Assembly: GCA_964016885.1 (NCBI GenBank)
Contig: OZ024753.1
Location: 37,014,001 to 37,078,000, forward strand
Direction of reading: 5' to 3'
Origin: Eledone cirrhosa
Lineage: Eukaryota
DNA length: 64,000 bases
The position numbers and the translations under genes were made by a program. Of the stretch, positions 42,301 to 56,668 are shown one piece after another. Position 1 is the stretch's first letter. The number at the start of each line of letters is the position of its first letter. The notes under the pieces are model-generated. The model had not been told where the DNA came from. It saw nothing but the letters and a program-made list of their open reading frames with translations, and did not search any database.

Positions 42301-42493
42301 AACTCACTTGGACAAAGGTTTTTCTTAAATGATCCCCGCCAGAAACGAATTCAAAATGGCTAAGAACTAGTCCAGTTAGAGTACTCCGTGTAGTGGATAG
42401 TATTAACGTGTGACTTAGTTTGACTCAACAAGACGTTTCCATAGTGATACTGCGAGTTCGCGGTGATTTCTATGTAGTTTATACTTGGAGTAA

Positions 42494-42843
42494 TAATAAT
42501 TCAAGAAAAAAGAGTGACATGGTTCGCTATACAATAAGGGCTTTATTCACATTGCTGACAATTGTTTCTTCGATCTAGAGTTCGCTACCCGCCTGATTTT
42601 GCGTTAATCGATCGCTACCTGCCTGATTTTGCGTCAATCGATCTCCAATACTTTGTTTATAACCACTCGTTTTCATCGGAGCACGCTCCGATGGAAACTA
42701 CTGGTTATAGACAAAGTATTGGAGATCGATTAACGCAAAATCAGGCAGGTAGCGAACTCTAGACCTACCAGATCGAAGAAACAATTGCCAGCAATGTGAA
42801 TAAAGCCCTTATTGTATAGCGAACCATGTCACTTTTTTTCTTG

Positions 42844-42848
<5 letters not shown>
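42494..42848. repeat. Fold-back element carrying a hammerhead 3' half (GAAA-CAATTG-TC)
   Basis: Arms around 42682 with a small internal duplication in the left arm. Confidence 0.85.
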
Positions 42849-42907
<59 letters not shown>

Positions 42908-43123
42908 TAGTATAAGTAGTACGTTGAAATACTGTTGTCGGTACCAAATCAAGCACTCTATGCACAGGCAGAGTGTATATAATAGAAAAAACGAGGAAGT
43001 TTCGTTTACATATGAAAAATATTTATTGCGTATCGACAGGTCGATACACAATATATATATGTCCCAAGGCTCTGATACCATCAACACCATAAACACAGAG
43101 CTGGCATATCTAGGAACTGACTA

Positions 43124-43179
43124 ACTGCCTGATGAGGTCATAGCCATTCAATGGCTATCATCGAAATATATATAGCAGT
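43124..43179 (+). ncRNA. Type I hammerhead, family B
   Basis: ACTGC-CTGATGA-(ATAGCCAT/ATGGCTAT)-GAAA-TATATA-TA-GCAGT. Confidence 0.88.
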
Positions 43180-43220
43180 AAATAAAGGATTATGAGTTCA
43201 TGCAATTGACTTATGTTTCG

Positions 43221-43280
<60 letters not shown>

Positions 43281-43407
43281 TATTTCCATAGGAAGGGTAA
43301 AGGAAAGGAGAGTGCTCTGTGTAAGCTACAGAGCTATTTAATTATGTAATAAACAACATAAGACAATTATTCCATTTGCCAAAGGTTTCAAGAATGAAAA
43401 TTTAAAT

Positions 43408-43509
43408 TTTCATTCTGATGAGCGATTTCAGACGTCTCTATTGAGCTCGTCTGTCTTCGTGAAACCTTTGGTAAATGGAATCATTGTCTCATGTTGTTTA
43501 TTACATAAT

Positions 43510-43552
<43 letters not shown>

Positions 43553-43581
43553 CGTTTCTGAATTTAATTATGTATATTATA

Positions 43582-43641
<60 letters not shown>

Positions 43642-43743
43642 ATTATGTAATAAACAACATAAGACAATGATTCCATTTACCAAAGGTTTCACGAAGACAG
43701 ACCAGCTCAATAGAGACGTCTGAAATCGCTCATCAGAATGAAA
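43408..43743. ncRNA. Hammerheads, family D: 43408-43480(+) and 43671-43743(-)
   Basis: TTTCATT-CTGATGA-GCGA..TCGT-GAAA-CCTTTGG-TA-AATGGAA. Confidence 0.82.
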
Positions 43744-43889
43744 ATTTAAATTTTCATTCTTGAAACCTTTGGTAAATGGAATAATTGTCTTATGTTGTTT
43801 ATTACATAATTAAATAGCTCTGTAGCTTACATAGAGCACTCTCCTTTCCTTTACCCTTCCTATGGAAATACTTAATATATATATAGATG

Positions 43890-43950
<61 letters not shown>

Positions 43951-43986
43951 TTAATGTTGACCAGTTCCAAATCTAAGAATACTTAC

Positions 43987-44114
43987 GTTTAATTTTTTCA
44001 CAGATGAAAGGTTTATCGCTCAGGCAGTTATCATCATTAAGTTCTCCTTTGAAGTTGATTTCAGCGCAGTCTTCTTCATTTATACCATTGTTAGGTTCAC
44101 CAGGAGCCCAGAGT
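43987..44114 (-). CDS. aGPCR exon: C-type lectin part 3 (LWAPGEPNNGINEEDCAEI...LNDDNC...FICEK)
   Basis: attag/gtaagt; EPN, E-D-C, LND (WND position), FICE. Confidence 0.92.
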
Positions 44115-44184
44115 CTAATAGAAGAAAGAACATACAATAAAAATTATAAAACTAATCAGTCACTCCAGGTAGACCCGCTACTTC

Positions 44185-44410
44185 TCTAAATTGAGAGATC
44201 ACAGCTTCAATACTATGGGCATGTGGTTACAATGTCTCAGGAAAGAACTGCTGGACAGATTTTATGGGAAAAATCAACCGGCAACAGATCCAGCGATAGA
44301 CCCCTGAGTTGGATAACATCCATCAGCTTGGCTGGTCATGCTTGGGGATCCAGCCGGATCAGTTGGAGACGGTTGCTTCTGACAGGACCCGCTGGTAGGA
44401 GTGTTTGAGG
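44185..44410 (+). mobile_element. Degenerate LINE C-terminal fragment
   Basis: IERSQLQYYGHVVTM...RP..W pattern. Confidence 0.6.
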
Positions 44411-44429
44411 ACTCTTCCCCCATGCCCCT

Positions 44430-44636
44430 CACAGGAATATGTGCAGCTATCGATCCGATTTTGAGGGGATCAGCTGTCCGGAGTCCGAGGAAATCTGAGG
44501 TCTCGACGGCGACCGGTGCAAAGAGCAAGCGGCCGTTCAGGCTCCGGTATTTGCTCGTTTTCCTCTCCTCTGCATTGAGAGTCGCAGTACTAGGGTTTGT
44601 GGCCGTGGCGACTAGGCTGGGGCGGAGAACGTGCAC
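44430..44636 (-). mobile_element. Remnant of an RLE-type (CRE-like) non-LTR retrotransposon
   Basis: AEERKTSKY...FAPVAVET restriction-like endonuclease C-terminal motif. Confidence 0.65.
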
Positions 44637-44650
44637 TAAATTATACTTAC

Positions 44651-44781
44651 GACATTAAAGTAAGTTCTGTGTTGTCCGTCCAAATCCAAAGGTCATTATC
44701 CAGGTCAAAACTGAGACCAACCCACCATGAACCTTGTTCTGGGCTTGTGATGATCTCCATCAATTGCTTTTTCAATATTTC
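44651..44781 (-). CDS. aGPCR exon: C-type lectin part 2 (EILKKQL...SWWVGLSFDLDNDLWIWTDNTEL)
   Basis: tttag/gtaagt; WIGL-type motif WWVGL and W-x-W-x-D; absent from the ORF track. Confidence 0.9.
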
Positions 44782-44876
44782 CTAAAAAAGCGAAAAGAGA
44801 AATTTAATGCAGACATGTTAAGAAGTTTGATTCGCAATCAAGTGGTTATAGGATGTTAAAGGTTAACTTTTCTTAC

Positions 44877-45022
44877 CGCTTCTTTCATGTTATTTATGGA
44901 TACCAAGGAACCTCCATCTTCTTTGCATATGGCGAGGGCATCGCTGTAAATTTCTCTGTCACATACAAACTTATACTGACCACCGCTAAGTTGTATCCAT
45001 CCTTCGATACAATCAGACTTTA
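44877..45022 (-). CDS. aGPCR exon: C-type lectin part 1 (KSDCIEGWIQLSGGQYKFVC...GGSLVSINNMKEA)
   Basis: tttcag acceptor, gtaag donor, phase 1 to 0; C-x-x-G-W and G-x-L-V-S-I lectin pattern. Confidence 0.88.
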
Positions 45023-46468
45023 CTGAAATAAGAAAGAAAATGAGATTATATATATATATATATATATATAGGTATACGCCAAGTTTATAATAAAAATAAT
45101 TTGCAGTCTTCACAGGCATCGAACTGTAAACATTCGGAGTGTGTATGTGTATGTGCGTGGAGTATGTGAACATTTTGCTAGAGGCTGTATCAGCTTTATT
45201 TGCCTATTAATAGTTAATCTTACTATTAAAATTGAGGGAAAAGAGGGCGGTGTATTGACAGTATCGGTAGAGCATCAGACACTATGCTTTGCGGCATAGA
45301 GTTATGACCCTTTAAGTTTTCAGTTCAAATCCTGCCGACGCTAGCTTTGCTTTTCATCCTTACAGGTCGATAAAATAAAGTACCAGTAATGCACTGGAAT
45401 TGATTCAATCGACTTTCTCCCTCTCCCAAAATTGCTGGCCTTGTGCCTAAATCAGAAACCATTATAATTGGGGATAAAACAAAGCAGAGAACTATTCTTT
45501 TGTGGCAAGCAGTTAGAAGAAGTTCACCTGTGAAACGTCAAGTGTTGACATAAGCAATAGAAATAGAGACAGTCGACTACAGCAGACGTAAAACGTATGG
45601 AATTGTTGATATTGTCTTTGGTAAATGTCGGCAGAACCAAGAGTAGTAGTTTACGTAATAGAATGAAGTGCGTTTACAAGTACGACAGTTTTTGTTTGTT
45701 TTTTCGTTTTATTTCGAGCACGTAACTGAGTTGATGAGTATTTATAGATGTTGAGAAGTTCCTCCTCAACGTTGGTATATATTCTATTGTATTTATAATC
45801 TGTTTCATGTGTGTGTGTGTGTGAGCATGTGTGTGTGTGTCTGGAATCTCCGATGGTTTAAAAACCGCAAAGCAGTTCGACCGACGCTCTAACGATTCTG
45901 CCAACCCATTGTCCTAATAATAGTGGGTCGATAAAATAAAGTACCAGTAATGCACTGGTGTCGATTTAATCGACTTCCCACTTCCCCCAAATTGTTGGCC
46001 TTCTGTCGAAATCAGAAACCAACCAGTATTATTATTGAATTCACCGAGGTTAGCTTTGCCTTTCATCCTTACTTTAGTACCAGTAATGCAATGGGACCGA
46101 TTTAATCGACTTTCCACTTCCCCAAAATGTGTTGGCCTTCTGCCTAAATCAGAAACGATCATTGTCATAGTTTAATTTAGCTAACTGCTGAACATCAAAA
46201 GTTGAGTTAATCCATTATCTAATTCTCGGTTTTGTTTATTTAAGCAAAGGTATTTCCGTTCAGCAGATAATTTTGCACTTGTGGTGAATGAAGCTTTCAA
46301 CTTATTTGTCCAGTTTGTTGGTTGCTCTATTTTTCTTTTTCGAATTCCATAAAGGCATAAACTCAGTGGTTACCAAACCGTGCACCGTGAGATGTAACTA
46401 GATGCGTCGCAAAAGACTAAGATTAAGTTTTAAGATGTGAAAAATACAAACTGAAATTAGTATGAAAG

Positions 46469-46587
<119 letters not shown>

Positions 46588-46591
46588 CTAT

Positions 46592-46643
46592 TCCATTACC
46601 AAAGGTTTCAGGACTCTAGACAATAGCTCGTTCATCAGACAGA
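46592..46643 (-). ncRNA. Type I hammerhead, family D relative
   Basis: TCTGT-CTGATGA-...-GAAA-CCTTTGG-TA-ATGGA; stem II weak. Confidence 0.65.
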
Positions 46644-46774
46644 GATGTTATATATATATGAAAGTTCATATATACAGAGTTTCCCGAAAAAATGTATACA
46701 GACTTCAACAATATTCTAATAAATATGTGTATACATTTTGGGAGGACACCCTGTAGTTTCAACTCTTTGTTATG

Positions 46775-46848
<74 letters not shown>

Positions 46849-46852
<4 letters not shown>

Positions 46853-48451
46853 GGAGGTGAGTTTTATTGTAGTACAATAAAGCAGTGCAGATATCGGATA
46901 AGAAGCACTCTACAGTTTGTAGAACTGGAGTATACATAATATATAAGATCAAACTCTCGGCTAATTTTTGCAAACCCAAATACAACGTCAAACACAACTT
47001 CGCTAAATGTTCTTAATCCCATTCTAAATCAAGAAACTATTATTCCTATCGCAAATAACTTCTCCAATCCAATTCCTTCTATAGATAACACTAGGTCACT
47101 CGTTAATAATCTCTCTAATCGCAATTGCAATTGCCCTGCTAAAAATAAATGTCCTCTCAACAACCATTGTCTTGATAAAAACTTAATCTACCAATGTAAA
47201 GTTATAACTGACACCAATTCCTTCACCTATTTTGGCTCCACTTCCACCTCCTTTAAAGCTCGTCTTTATAATCATCATTCGTCTTTTAAATACCAACTGA
47301 AAAGAACCAACACGGCTCTCTCAGAACTCATATGGTCCTTGAAAGACAAAAATTTTAAATATAACATCTCTTGGAAAAAAGTTGAACAGTTCTCTATCCA
47401 AGACTTGCAATCTCTGTCTAAATGAAAAATTTACCATTATATCTAATGTAGATTCTATAATAAATAGACGCACTGACTTGTTTTCTATATGCTTGCATAA
47501 ATTCCACAGAACTTTCCATAAAGTATACAGCTAATATCCTAAGCTTTATCAATTCAGAATCCTTTTCTCAAAGGCCCATATATATATATATATACTTCTT
47601 TAAAAATATACCCATCTTTCTACCTTATTTCAAAGTTATTTATTATACATTATATAATACTTGTTACTCATTCTATATCACTCCTATTTATCACTTCCCT
47701 TTCTTCCTTTTCCTTTTCTTTTCTTTTTCTTTTCTTTTAATTTCTAACCCCTAATCTGTACCTTTTCTCCCTGTGCCTAACATAGAAACAATTATTACAC
47801 AATACAATATATTCTTACTTTATATCACCTTGAAAAAACCCTTCGTAAACATAAACATTTTTTTGACGTTAGATTATTCATCCTTTATTCATTATTTTTT
47901 TCTCCCTTTCATCTAACTTATTCATGCTCATCTCACAATATATCCTTACTTACATTACTTTTGTTTTTTTTAATAATACATATCAACATTTTCTTTCCAT
48001 CGCACATATTATTAAACCCTTAAATATTATTCTTAATACATATTAACATTTTCTTTCCATCGCACATATTATTAAACCCTTAAATATTATTCTTAATACA
48101 TATTAACAATTGCTTTTCATTGCACATATTATTAAACCCTTCAATATACAAACCTTAACTTTACATTATTTTTCTCTTCGTTAATTTTCAAATTCTTTTA
48201 ATTTATACATTATTTCCAACGGTTTTTCAACCTCTCTATGTAAAACAATATATTTTTCTCAGTTATAAAAGCTATCTCTCTCTCTCTATCACCCATCTCT
48301 CCTCCTATCTCATCCTTCCTCATTATACTCCTCCCCCTCCACTTTTTACTCTCATCTCCTCCTCTTTTTCATCCCCCCACCCCACCCCCTCAGAAAAAAA
48401 ATGTTTCCCCCAATATCACACATCAATCTAAAACTACTTTTCATATGTTGA
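46849..48451 (+). mobile_element. 5'-truncated Penelope-like element: inverted terminal piece, GIY-YIG endonuclease remnant (47120-47534), pyrimidine-rich 3' region
   Basis: CNC..CPL..CL..NLIY..YFG..FKARLYNHHSSF..TALSELIWSLK, frameshift, then CNLCLNEK..INRR..CLH*; 46849-46945 matches the terminus of the elements at 35124 and 56937. Confidence 0.88.
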
Positions 48452-48819
48452 TTATATATATATAGTGAAGGCATGTGGCTGAGTGGCTAGAGAATTGGAT
48501 TCGCAATCGTAAGGTTATGAGTTCGATTCCTGGACCAGGCGATGCGTTATGTCCTTGAGCAAGACACTTTATTTCACGTTGTTCCTTCTACCTGGAGTTG
48601 CGACCGATAGATAGTATTAGCAATTGGAAAGACCAACGGAAACATTGTTCCCTCGGTCCGATTTGACGAAAGTCGATCGCTCCCATTATATATATAAAAT
48701 TCATATGATTCCAGTTCCTCAGTGAAATAACAACCCAACCAGGAACTGGGCATATCAGAGTATTGACAAAGTTAAACACCTCAACAACATGTGTACTCGT
48801 CTCTACCACACTAATTCGG

Positions 48820-48874
48820 ACTGCCTGAAGAGGTCACAGCCAAAGATGGCTGTCACCGAAATATATATAGCAGT
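48820..48874 (+). ncRNA. Type I hammerhead, diverged family B
   Basis: ACTGC-CTGAAGA-GGT.ACAGCC/GGCTGT.ACC-GAAA-TATATA-TA-GCAGT; stem II covaries with the 43124 copy. Confidence 0.88.
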
Positions 48875-48979
48875 AATAAACGAAGCCAAATTTTAAACAT
48901 TTTACTTATTTATTTTATTTTATTTTATATATCCAGGGAGTGTAATCCAGGGAGTTACTGTAGGTTCACTCGGGTGAGC

Positions 48980-49031
<52 letters not shown>

Positions 49032-50100
49032 ATATACGTGCGTGTGTGAGAGAGAGAGTGATTGTGTGAATGTGAATGTGTGTGTATGTATGTGTGTGTG
49101 TAGATCCACACAGCTTTTGAGTTTGATAAAATATTGTTATATAGTTGTTGTGTATCTATTTATTTCTACATGTATTAGTAGATCTAAGGTCAGTGACTGC
49201 TAAAAGACAAAGTAAGTAACTGTTCCAATCATGTAATGAATTTCTCTCTGCTATATAACTCTACCATTTCCACAGAACGGGATTATTATTATTATTAGAT
49301 TGCTTTAAAATTACAACACTTGAAACAGTAACTTCATTGAAAATCTCCTAAATAGCAGACGTTATTATCGTTATCAAGGGCGGGGGATTGGCAGTATCGG
49401 TAGAGGGTCGGACACCATGCTTTGACACATAGAGTTACGGCCCTTGCCATTCTGAGTTCAAATTCCGTCGAGGTTAACTTTGCCTTCCATCCTTACGGGG
49501 TCGATAAAATAAAGTAGTAGTCATGCACTGTGATAATTGCTGGCCTTGTGCCCAAAAGTAGAAAATTATTATCGCTAATATCAAGGGCCGTGGATTGGTA
49601 GTATCGGTAGAGGGTCGGATGCCATGCTTTGCATCATAAAGTTACGTTCCTTTACGGGGTCGATAAAACAAAGTACCAGTCACGCACTGGGATAATTGCT
49701 GGAATACACGTAAATTTCCTTCTCGTTTCATTCATTCAATCTTCTCTTTTATATTTCGTTCTCACTTCCTTCCTTCCTTCCTTCCTTCCTTCCTTCCTTC
49801 CTTCCTTCCTTCCTTCCTTCCTTCCTTCCTTCCTTCCTTCCTTCCTTCATTCATTATTTTATGCTTCCCATGTTTCATGCTTCACGTTTGCTCATTCATG
49901 GCATTCAAGTTCTTTTGTTTTTTCTTAAACAGAAATATAAACTCTGACTAGACAGGCATTCGTATTTCCCATACAAACATACACACCCACACAAATATAA
50001 TACACAAACATGTATGTATATATAAATATATATATATATACACACCCACACATATATATACATACATACGTGCATACATACATACATATATATATACATA

Positions 50101-50455
<355 letters not shown>

Positions 50456-50523
50456 ATTTATGTACACACATGCACACACACATAATATATATATATATAT
50501 ATATATGTACATACATACACACA

Positions 50524-50597
<74 letters not shown>

Positions 50598-53319
50598 ACT
50601 GATGCTCACACACACACACATTAGTCACATATAAGTGTATATGAGCAATTACCGACCTCTTCACTACTAAGGAACTCTTATTTTAACCAAATTTCTCACA
50701 GACCCCCGGCTTTTGAAAGTTCTGTCTTTTCAACAAACTTGTGAAGCCCCAGGGGAACGATGGTCGGTATATACTAACACACGTCTTTTATAAACCCGCA
50801 AATCTAGATATATGTAATCATACGAGAGAAGGGCTAAGTGAGAGAGGGACAGAGAGAAAGCGAAAGAGAAAGACAGAGACAACGAGAGAGAGAGGGGAGG
50901 AGAGAGAGAGGGGGAGTGAGTGAGATAGAGAGATAGAGAGAGTGTGTGAGAGAGAGAGAGAGAGAGAGAGGTAAAGACAGGGAGAGAGAGAGGCGGGAAG
51001 TAAATAGAGAAGGTTAGATTGACATATAAACATACGAATTTATGTATTTATAAACAGATGCACAATCAACTATATAAACGTACTGGTGACTTTATGCATA
51101 TTTTTACATACATAATACATACATTATATATATATATATATGTGTGTATGTGTGTGTTTCTGAGTGTGCTTGTGTATGCGTGTGTGTGCAAGGCATTTAC
51201 ACAGGTGCATATCTTGTATCATATTGGAATAATTAAGTGGATATAAAAACTTCTAGATAAAGTTTCTGTCCCGACACAAACAAGAACAATTTTTTCTACA
51301 TTTGCTTTCCTTTTATCTTGAGAACTATTGCTTGCTTTAAACGAAGAGGTCAATTTATCTTCTTCAAAGCATTGTATCCGATGTTCTAACGTCTCTGCCA
51401 TTTCACCGCCTTAAAAAAGTACCAGTTCAGTGCTGGGTCGATTTTTACTCTCTCTATATATATATCTCACTTTCTCTCTCTTTTTCTCTCCTTCTTTGGA
51501 AGAAATCTACTGTGTTCAGACATGGAGATAAGATGGGCTCTGTCAGGTTTTAAAATGCCCTAAAAACACCCTATGGCTCTACGTCGTCTCTATGACTCCA
51601 CAGGGAGTTACGGGTCTATTATATCTAACTGTTCTAGTAGACACAGCTGTATCTAAAAAAAGAAATATGGCCGCTATATTTTTGTTGAAATCCTACCTAA
51701 TGGCTGACGATGTATATCCGGTGTAAAATATGGGTAACGTTGTATATCCGGTGTAAAATATGAAGTTACGCCTGTGCAAGAACATATAGTTTGTCAGGTT
51801 CTAAAGAAATGTCAGTTATAATCTCTTGGGAGAACAAGTGTGTGTAAGAACCGAAACATCCCGATTTCTACTTAGTAAGGTATAATTAAAACCACCACCT
51901 GGCTCTTAGGTCAGCATTCATAGTTCACTCTTTTGTCTCCGTCAGGATTGAGGTAACTTCCTCCTATCAGTATTGTGGCTCACGGTAAAGGATCATTGGT
52001 ACTGCTTTTCTTCCTCTGATTAAGGTAAGCCATCAAAAGAAACAGCTTCAGTACGGACGAATCAATGTACACTGCATCTGCATGTGTATATTTTATTTGT
52101 TTTTGTGTGTGCGTGTGTATGTGTGTGTACATGTGTACATGTGTGTGTTTCTGCTTGTGTGTTTGTGTGTTTTACCAGCTTAGTGGATGAGGGCAGAGGA
52201 TGTGCGAAGATTAGAAAAAAAAAAATGAATCGAGCATGCTCCGTTGGACGTGTAACGTTAGTATGCTTTAAACAAGAAAGCCCAGATAAGTTGAGAAAAC
52301 AAAACGAGGTCCGTGTGAAAGCTTCTTTCTGTTGAGGAGACCATCATGTATTTTTTTTCTGTTAGATTTGTGAAAAGCATGGTGATGTGAAACTGCGTTC
52401 TGATTTGGAGAATTCATTGTACAGTTAGTGATGTCAAACAGATTTCCTATAATTTCTGAAGCTATGGACATAATGTTGTGCTTGGGTGTAATTATCGAAT
52501 GTTAGTTTTCCTAGATTTTCTGAAGCTATATACATAGGGTGTCATGGTTGGGTATAAAGGTCAAGGTTAGATTTTTCTAGAATTCATGGGAGGAGGAGGT
52601 GGGTGCATAGAAGTATGTTAGGTTTGTTTGGTGTTACTTGGTTTAAAAATTTACTGAGGTTTAGAATTGACAACAGGGAGAATATAAACTCTCTCCCCAC
52701 TCCGACATTAAAATGTTTTAAATGTATGTTCAGGATTTAACTGTCGCTGAAGGAATTGCTGATCTCACTAACTTCTAAAATAGTTCGTACTATCACTGTC
52801 AACTTCACAGAATCTTGAAACTGGGTTAAAAATTAAAATTGTTAATTTGTTTTACAAAATACTATCTTAATATATGAAATTATCAGCAACTGCAGTAATT
52901 TTCTCAAAATTCTTCATCAATTGAGATACAGGAAATTAGAAATATGTTCGTAAAAAAGGGTTAATGTGTTGGTTTTATTTTATAGAAAGCTGGTTGTTCG
53001 GTTATGTAGCTTAGCACATCATGTTACATCATCAGTTATCGTCTGCTCTCAGCAGGTTCAATATCATGGATTGCTCTCAGGCTATCTATGGTTAACTACG
53101 GCTGTGTGATGGTGTGGTGTGGTGAGTACATGGTGGGATGTGGTGTTGTGGGGTGGGGGTGGGGTGTACATGGTGGGGTTCCAGTCCCTTAAAGATTTCT
53201 AGAGTGGGTAGAAGGTGGTGATGGAAGTTGATCTCAGGAGGTAAAGAGCCGGAACAAATGCCACTCTCTAACGATCCTGAGAGGCAAAGATAGAGAGACA
53301 GTCATGGAGGCAGAATACG

Positions 53320-53383
<64 letters not shown>

Positions 53384-53387
53384 TATG

Positions 53388-53426
<39 letters not shown>

Positions 53427-53558
53427 ATAGATATATTTCTTTATTTACCATAAAGGCATACAAAGAAGGGACAAATACAAAGGGGGAGTTTACATAAAAT
53501 CGAGTAAAGAGGGTATAAAATGAAAATAATCGAAAACAACATCAAAAAGGAGGGGGCG

Positions 53559-53598
<40 letters not shown>

Positions 53599-53664
53599 AG
53601 GAGAGCGTATATATATAGTAAGAGAGAAACAGTGACAGAAAAGAAAGGACAAAGAGAGAGAGAA

Positions 53665-53738
<74 letters not shown>

Positions 53739-54575
53739 CAATGAAACAGAGGGAGAGAATAGAATACCGAAAATATACAGTATAAAGGTTAAGTGAAAGT
53801 GAATCTGTGTTTGGGTGAAAAAGAGATGTTAGTTGTTGCGGTCATAAATAATAATGTGAAAATAGATATGAAATAGTCGTTGAATGGGGTTTAGGATGAG
53901 CAAAGCATATCGTGATGAAAGAGAAAAATATAATGATGTAATGGCTGACCTCCTCACTGGATCAGGTCGACAGAAATGTTTGGAGATGTGAAAATAGTCA
54001 CGTAGACAAATCAAATTAAATTTGCGAAATTCAGAACGAAAAATAAAATAAAATAAAATAAAATAAAATAAAAACGAAGAAATCAAACAAATAATATAAA
54101 TGATAATAATAATAATTGTTTCTACTTTGAGCACAAGGTGGAGCAATTTTGATGGGAGGGGAAGTCGATTAAATCGACCCCAGTGCGTGATTGGTACTTT
54201 ATTTTATCGACCTCGTAAGGATAAAAGGCAAAGTTAACGTCGGTTGGATTTAAACTTAGACTGTGAAGGACCGTAACTCTATGCCAATCCAAAAAATAAT
54301 TGTTTCTACTTTGGGCACAAGGCCAGCAAGTACCCAGTGCATTACTGGTACTTTATTTTATCGACTCCGTAAGGATGAAAGGCAAAGTTAACCTCGACGG
54401 GATTTGAACTCAGAATGGCAAGGGCCGTAACTCTATGCGTCAAAGCATGGCGACCGACCCTCTACCGATAATGCCAATCCACTGCCAATCCAAATAATAA
54501 TGTTAATAAAATGGTTAGCGTGAACGTGAGGCAGTTCGTAATGCTTGAATAAATGTTGAATAGTAAAGAAATAGT

Positions 54576-54755
54576 GTATGTATGACTTGGGTCACAGCTT
54601 GCTGTGGGTTTAATGGAAATGAGTGTATGACTTGGGTCACAACTTGCTGTGGGTTGAATGGGAATGTGGTTATGACTTGGGTTACAACTTGCTGTGGGAT
54701 GAATGGAAAAAATGTGTATGACTTGGGTCACAGCTTGCTGTGGGATGAATGGAAG
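54576..54755. repeat. Four-unit minisatellite, about 45 bp
   Basis: TATGACTTGGGTCACAGCTTGCTGTGGG..AATGG x4. Confidence 0.85.
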
Positions 54756-56050
54756 TGATGCAAGAAAAACAGAGAAAAGGGAGGAAACAAAACAATAAAA
54801 TAGAATAAATAAATAAATTAATTAATAAAAGAAACAACATATAAAGAAGAAGGAAATAAAAATGACCCCCCCCCCCCCATCAATGTATTTGAAACGAAAC
54901 AGAATATAGAACGAATTAGACTGACTTGCTAAAAATAGCAGCTAAACTTCCTTTACATGTAGTGGCGTTCCCTGCAAGAATACAAGGCACGCGATGCATA
55001 TCTAAGGCATAGATTAATTAATGTAAATAAATTTGATTTTAATATAAATCTTTTATTTTTATAAGAGATGCCTGGAAAGAGGTTACACATATGAAACATA
55101 TATCTTAACTCGTGAACCTAGTCACGTACGTACGTAAGTACATGCATGCATACATACATACAAACATAATACGTACCTACATACATACATACATACATGC
55201 ATGCATAATGGTTGCAATTTGATTTCGAGTAATGCTATCCATTGATACTTAAGCATGATCATCACGGACATAGCTTTTAATCCTGGTAGGGACTTAGCTA
55301 TGACCAGCAATGCCATGCATTGCAAAGAAATATCACATAACAAGCGACGCCCGTGCTTGAAGCTTTTTCAAGTGAGGAAAGGCTAACCTCGGCAGGATTT
55401 GACCTCAGAGCGTAAATCATATTGTATGACACTCTACCGATTCTGACAATCCACAGCCCCTTATTGTCCACATAAGAAAATATATTTTTAAATTTCACAA
55501 AATACGAATCACCCGCCTCCTACCATTACCTCAAACACCGCCACCACGAACACCCCCACCACCATCAACATCTCCACCATCACTTATTACCCCGCTAATC
55601 CTCTCCATTTATATTTGTTTCTTCTTTTTCTTACCCTTCACCTTTCTTCACTTTTCTCCCCCCCCCCCCTGTCCCCACCCCTCCAGCCTCCTCCCCCACA
55701 CACCCTCCCCCGCCCCTGCACTTAACGTTGCACATTTTCTATCAAATAAAATGTCAGAAATAGTTAGATGCAAGGTTGGCAGTCACCACCACACACACAC
55801 ACACATATATATATATATACACATATATACATACACACATACATACATGCCTAACATAGATCACACACACATACATACATACATACATACATACATACAT
55901 ACTTACATAACATGCTTAGATGCATACCTAACGCAAACACACCCTTACATACATACATACATGCCTAACATAGATCACACACACATACATACATATATAC
56001 ATACATACTTACATAACATGCTTAGATGCATACCTAACACAAACACACCC

Positions 56051-56081
<31 letters not shown>

Positions 56082-56588
56082 CATACATACATACATACAA
56101 ACACACAAATACATACATACATACACACACATACACATACTATACAACTAGACAGGTTCTGTTATATGTATGAAATATATGATGATGGTGGTGGTGGTGG
56201 TGATAGTAGTGGTGGTAGTGGTGGTGGTGGTGATGGTGGTAGTGGTGATGGTAATGGTGGTGGTGGAGGTGGTGGTGGTGATGGTAGTGGTGGTGGAGGT
56301 GGTGGTGGTGATGTTCACCTTGGCACGTAGTAACTAAAGGACGTAAAAAAAAACCAAAAGCAAAGAAAATACAAATATAGAAAGCTCAAGCTCATTCAAT
56401 AGTATAATATGCTAATGACATAACGTTATTTCAAATCTCGCCGAGGTTCACTTTGCCTTTCATCCTTACGGGGTCGATAAAATAGAGTACCAGTAATGTA
56501 CTGAGTAATTGCTGGCCTTGTGCTAAAAGTAGAAACAGTTATATATATATATATATCTTCGGATTTTAGTCTTCACATTTATTATTAC

Positions 56589-56668
<80 letters not shown>

